From Desulfobacterales bacterium (GTDB taxonomy: Bacteria > Desulfobacterota > Desulfobacteria > Desulfobacterales > UBA2174), in assembly GCA_963668645.2 (NCBI GenBank), contig CAXXWC010000011.1, forward strand, positions 1-10,725: a stretch of 10,725 nucleotides of DNA, written 5' to 3'. A program made the position numbers and the translations under genes. Position 1 is the stretch's first letter, and every line of letters starts with the position of its first letter. Below are positions 8,209 to 10,725 of the stretch, piece after piece. Below the pieces are notes generated by a model. It was given only the letters and a program-made list of their open reading frames with translations. It was not told where the DNA came from and made no database searches.

Positions 8209-9756
8209 TCAGATTGACGGCAGGCGCAGGACAAAGGTTGTGCCCTTGCCCAACTGGCTGTCCACCTGCACGCTGCCCTGGTGATTTTGAATGATGCCGT
8301 AGACGGTGGAAAGCCCGAGTCCGACCCCGTAGCCCTCGTCTTTGGTGGTATAAAAAGGCTCGAAGATATGGGGCAGGTCCTTTTCCGGTATGCCGGCGCC
8401 GGTGTCGGTCACCCTCAGGCAAACCTCCGATGAGGCCTGGCCGCGGGCCGCGGCAAGCGTCAAGGAGCCCCCTTGGGGCATGGCGTCGGCCGCGTTGAAA
8501 ACAAGGTTGATGATGCATTGCTGCAATTGGTTGAGATCGCCTCTGATGGCAGGCAAACCGGCGGCGATATCCAGCTCTAACTGGATATTGTTCAGTTCGA
8601 GCTTGTGCTGGCAGAGCAGGATGCAACGCTGCATCAGGTCGTCCACTGCCACCGGGCCGAAGGCGGCCGGCGATTTGCGCGAAAAGGTCAGCAGGCCGGA
8701 GACAATCTGGGAGCAGCGGCTGGTCTCCTTCTCCACCAGATCCAGATAGCGGGTGAATTTTTCGAGCTGTTCGGCGGAAATCTCCCCCCGCTTGAGAATC
8801 CGGAGCATCAGACGGCAGTAGTTCAGAATGCCGGCCAGGGGATTGTTGATTTCGTGGACCACGCTGGCCGCCAGGCGGCCTAGCGACATCATTTTATCCT
8901 GGTGCAGGATGCGGGCCTGATCCTCGACCTCCCGTTCCAGGCGTCGGATTTCGCGCAGGTCCCGGATGAAGCACACGGTTCCGGGGCTTTCCTCAGGGAT
9001 GACGATACGCGCTACCGCCATTTGAACCGGGATGCGCTGCCCGTTTTTACCGCACAGGCTGGTTTCGAAAAGAGGGAGCCGGCCTCCGTCACCGCGATCC
9101 TTTTCCTGCAGGGCCGCTTTAAGGCGCGCTTCATCCTCCGGCAGCAGAAACCGGCTCAGGCGTTCCTGACGCAGCACCTCCGCCTTGCCATATCCCAGCA
9201 TCTCCCCGGCGCTCCGGTTGAAGGTGACCACCACGTCTTCGGCATCGCAGCCGATAATGCCGTCCAGGGAGCTTTCAATAAGACTGTTCTGGAAGGTAAA
9301 GGCCGCAATGAGCTCCCGGGTGGTATCATTCCAGCCTTCTTCCAGGAAGGTGGTGTAATCCCTGAGCTGCTTGCGGTCGTTGCAGCGCGCCTTGGCCCGT
9401 TCCAGAGCGATGGAAAGGGCGTCGCTGTGCAGGGGCTTGGTGATGAAATCCGATGCGTCCAGCTGCAGGGCGCGGATGGCGAGGTCCATCTCACCGAAGG
9501 CGGTGGCCACGATAACCTCGGTATCGGGATAGGTCTGTTTGATTTTTTTAAGGACGGTCAGGCCGTCCATGCGCGGCATGCGGACATCGGTGATGACGAT
9601 CTGGGGATGAACCTCAGCGCAAAGGGCAAGTCCGCTCTCCCCATTGTCGGCCGTATGAACCGTGTAGCCGGCATCCTCGAGGGTAATGCGGGTTACGCGT
9701 CGAATGCCTTCCTCGTCGTCGATCAGAACGATACGCCATCCTTCGTTGTCCGCCAT
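8209..9756 (-). CDS. Hybrid sensor histidine kinase, REC-PAS-HisKA-HATPase, cytoplasmic, about 515 aa
   Basis: REC: LIDDE, ITDVRMP, ATAFG, FITKP. PAS: SLIESSLDGIIGCD..TFNRSAGEMLGY. H-box VVHEINNPL, N-box NLVFNAADAM, DTGAGI, FEPFYTTK, GVGLGLS. The probable start is ATG 9756 after GGGAAAGGG (the ORF track uses 9825). No hydrophobic TM stretch is evident. Confidence 0.93.
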   Translation of the reverse strand: MADNEGWRIVLIDDEEGIRRVTRITLEDAGYTVHTADNGESGLALCAEVHPQIVITDVRMPRMDGLTVLKKIKQTYPDTEVIVATAFGEMDLAIRALQLDASDFITKPLHSDALSIALERAKARCNDRKQLRDYTTFLEEGWNDTTRELIAAFTFQNSLIESSLDGIIGCDAEDVVVTFNRSAGEMLGYGKAEVLRQERLSRFLLPEDEARLKAALQEKDRGDGGRLPLFETSLCGKNGQRIPVQMAVARIVIPEESPGTVCFIRDLREIRRLEREVEDQARILHQDKMMSLGRLAASVVHEINNPLAGILNYCRLMLRILKRGEISAEQLEKFTRYLDLVEKETSRCSQIVSGLLTFSRKSPAAFGPVAVDDLMQRCILLCQHKLELNNIQLELDIAAGLPAIRGDLNQLQQCIINLVFNAADAMPQGGSLTLAAARGQASSEVCLRVTDTGAGIPEKDLPHIFEPFYTTKDEGYGVGLGLSTVYGIIQNHQGSVQVDSQLGKGTTFVLRLPSI

Positions 9757-10110
9757 CAATGCCCTTTCCCGCAACTGTCGCTCTGGGTTGGTTTTTGTCA
9801 TCCCTATGTGGATGGTCGACCGCATGCCGACGAAGTCAGCCGTGATACGGGTTGAATTTAGCAGTCCAATGCGAAAAATTGAAGAAAAATCTCATATCCA
9901 CTGACTTCTGAAGCCGTGGTCGGGTGACGGCTAAAGCGCTTTTAGCGGTTGGCGCAGCCCAGGCAGGGTTTGACGACCGCCCTTCAGTTGCTTTAAAAGG
10001 AAGGACATACGACCATACCGCCAAGTCGGCCGTGTCGGTGCAATCAGTCCTATATGCCGGCAGGACGAATGGTACGGCAAACGCTTTCTCACTCCCGGGG
10101 AGGACGCCAT

Positions 10111-10725
10111 ATGACCCAATACAAGATCCATCCCATCGTCCTGGGTACCAAGGCCTTTGACAAAGGCATGATGACGTACCAGCACGACTACGGCAAGCCT
10201 TATGTGATTCCGATCTACGCCTGGTACCTGGAAGGCGGCGACCAGCGGATTCTGGTGGACACCGGCGAGATGAGCCCTATCCAGTCAGCGGACCGGGAAG
10301 CGGCCATCGGCGGCAAAATCTATACCTTCGAGGAGGGCCTGGCACGTTGGGGCCTGACGCCGGAATCCATCGATGTGGTGATCCACACCCACCTGCACAA
10401 CGACCACTGCGAGAACGACTATAAATGCGTCAATGCCGTCATCTACGTTCATGAAAAAGAACTCGCCCACGTCCACGATCCCCATCCGCTGGATTTCCGC
10501 TATCTGGAAGACTACATCGAAGATGTGGAGGCCAACGGCCAGCTGCGCATCGTGCGCGAGGACGGCGAACTGCTGCCCGGCATTCGGGTCATGCACACGC
10601 CAGTGCACACCGAGGGCGGCCTGACCGTGATCGTGGCGACGGCGGCCGGACAGGCCGTCATCACCGGATTCTGCGTGATCGAGGAGAATTTCTTCCCGCC
10701 CAAGGAGATCCGGGCCATGGAAATG
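10111..10725 (+). CDS. Metallo-beta-lactamase fold hydrolase, N-acyl homoserine lactonase family (3'-truncated)
   Basis: Not in ORF track. GGGGAGGA RBS at 10097-10104 and ATG at 10111: MTQYKIHPIVLGTK..ILVDTG..IDVVIHTHLHNDH (HxHxDH within 10384-10407)..HTPVHTEG. Open to the window end. Confidence 0.88.
   Translation, partial: MTQYKIHPIVLGTKAFDKGMMTYQHDYGKPYVIPIYAWYLEGGDQRILVDTGEMSPIQSADREAAIGGKIYTFEEGLARWGLTPESIDVVIHTHLHNDHCENDYKCVNAVIYVHEKELAHVHDPHPLDFRYLEDYIEDVEANGQLRIVREDGELLPGIRVMHTPVHTEGGLTVIVATAAGQAVITGFCVIEENFFPPKEIRAMEM

Noticed and set aside
7852..8284. Small ORFs in the AT-rich gap (7852-8049, 8030-8284)
   Set aside because: They have atypical composition and no motifs, and they overlap the predicted promoter elements.
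9930..9946. Palindrome GCTAAAGCGCTTTTAGC between the divergent genes
   Set aside because: It is a single short imperfect palindrome with no second copy or assignable regulator.
10070..10085. Possible sigma54 motif TGGTACGGCAAACGCT before the hydrolase gene
   Set aside because: The GG-N10-GC spacing fits, but the -12 element is poor (ACGC) and the leader would be very short. Too weak to call.
1..10725. CRISPR arrays, tRNA/rRNA, mobile elements, long repeats
   Set aside because: None was recognisable on reading the sequence.

Overview
GC-rich region, most consistent with an anaerobic Desulfobacterota-type genome (inference from gene content). A minus-strand cluster runs: hybrid sensor kinase (REC-PAS-HisKA-HATPase), an AT-rich gap with a sigma54-type promoter and upstream palindromes, a degenerate Cys-rich stand-alone receiver, a large HdrA/HdrL flavoprotein with an inserted GltD/NfnB-like module, MvhD, an FdhB/FrhB-like Fe-S protein, and a second HdrA-like protein that runs off the left edge and is missing from the ORF track. 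That second HdrA (1980 to <1, translated by hand) carries a complete, canonical response-regulator receiver domain inserted in frame after its ferredoxin-like insert. This suggests an electron-bifurcating-type complex directly wired to two-component phosphosignalling. A divergent metallo-beta-lactamase (AHL-lactonase family) gene starts at 10111 and runs off the right edge.
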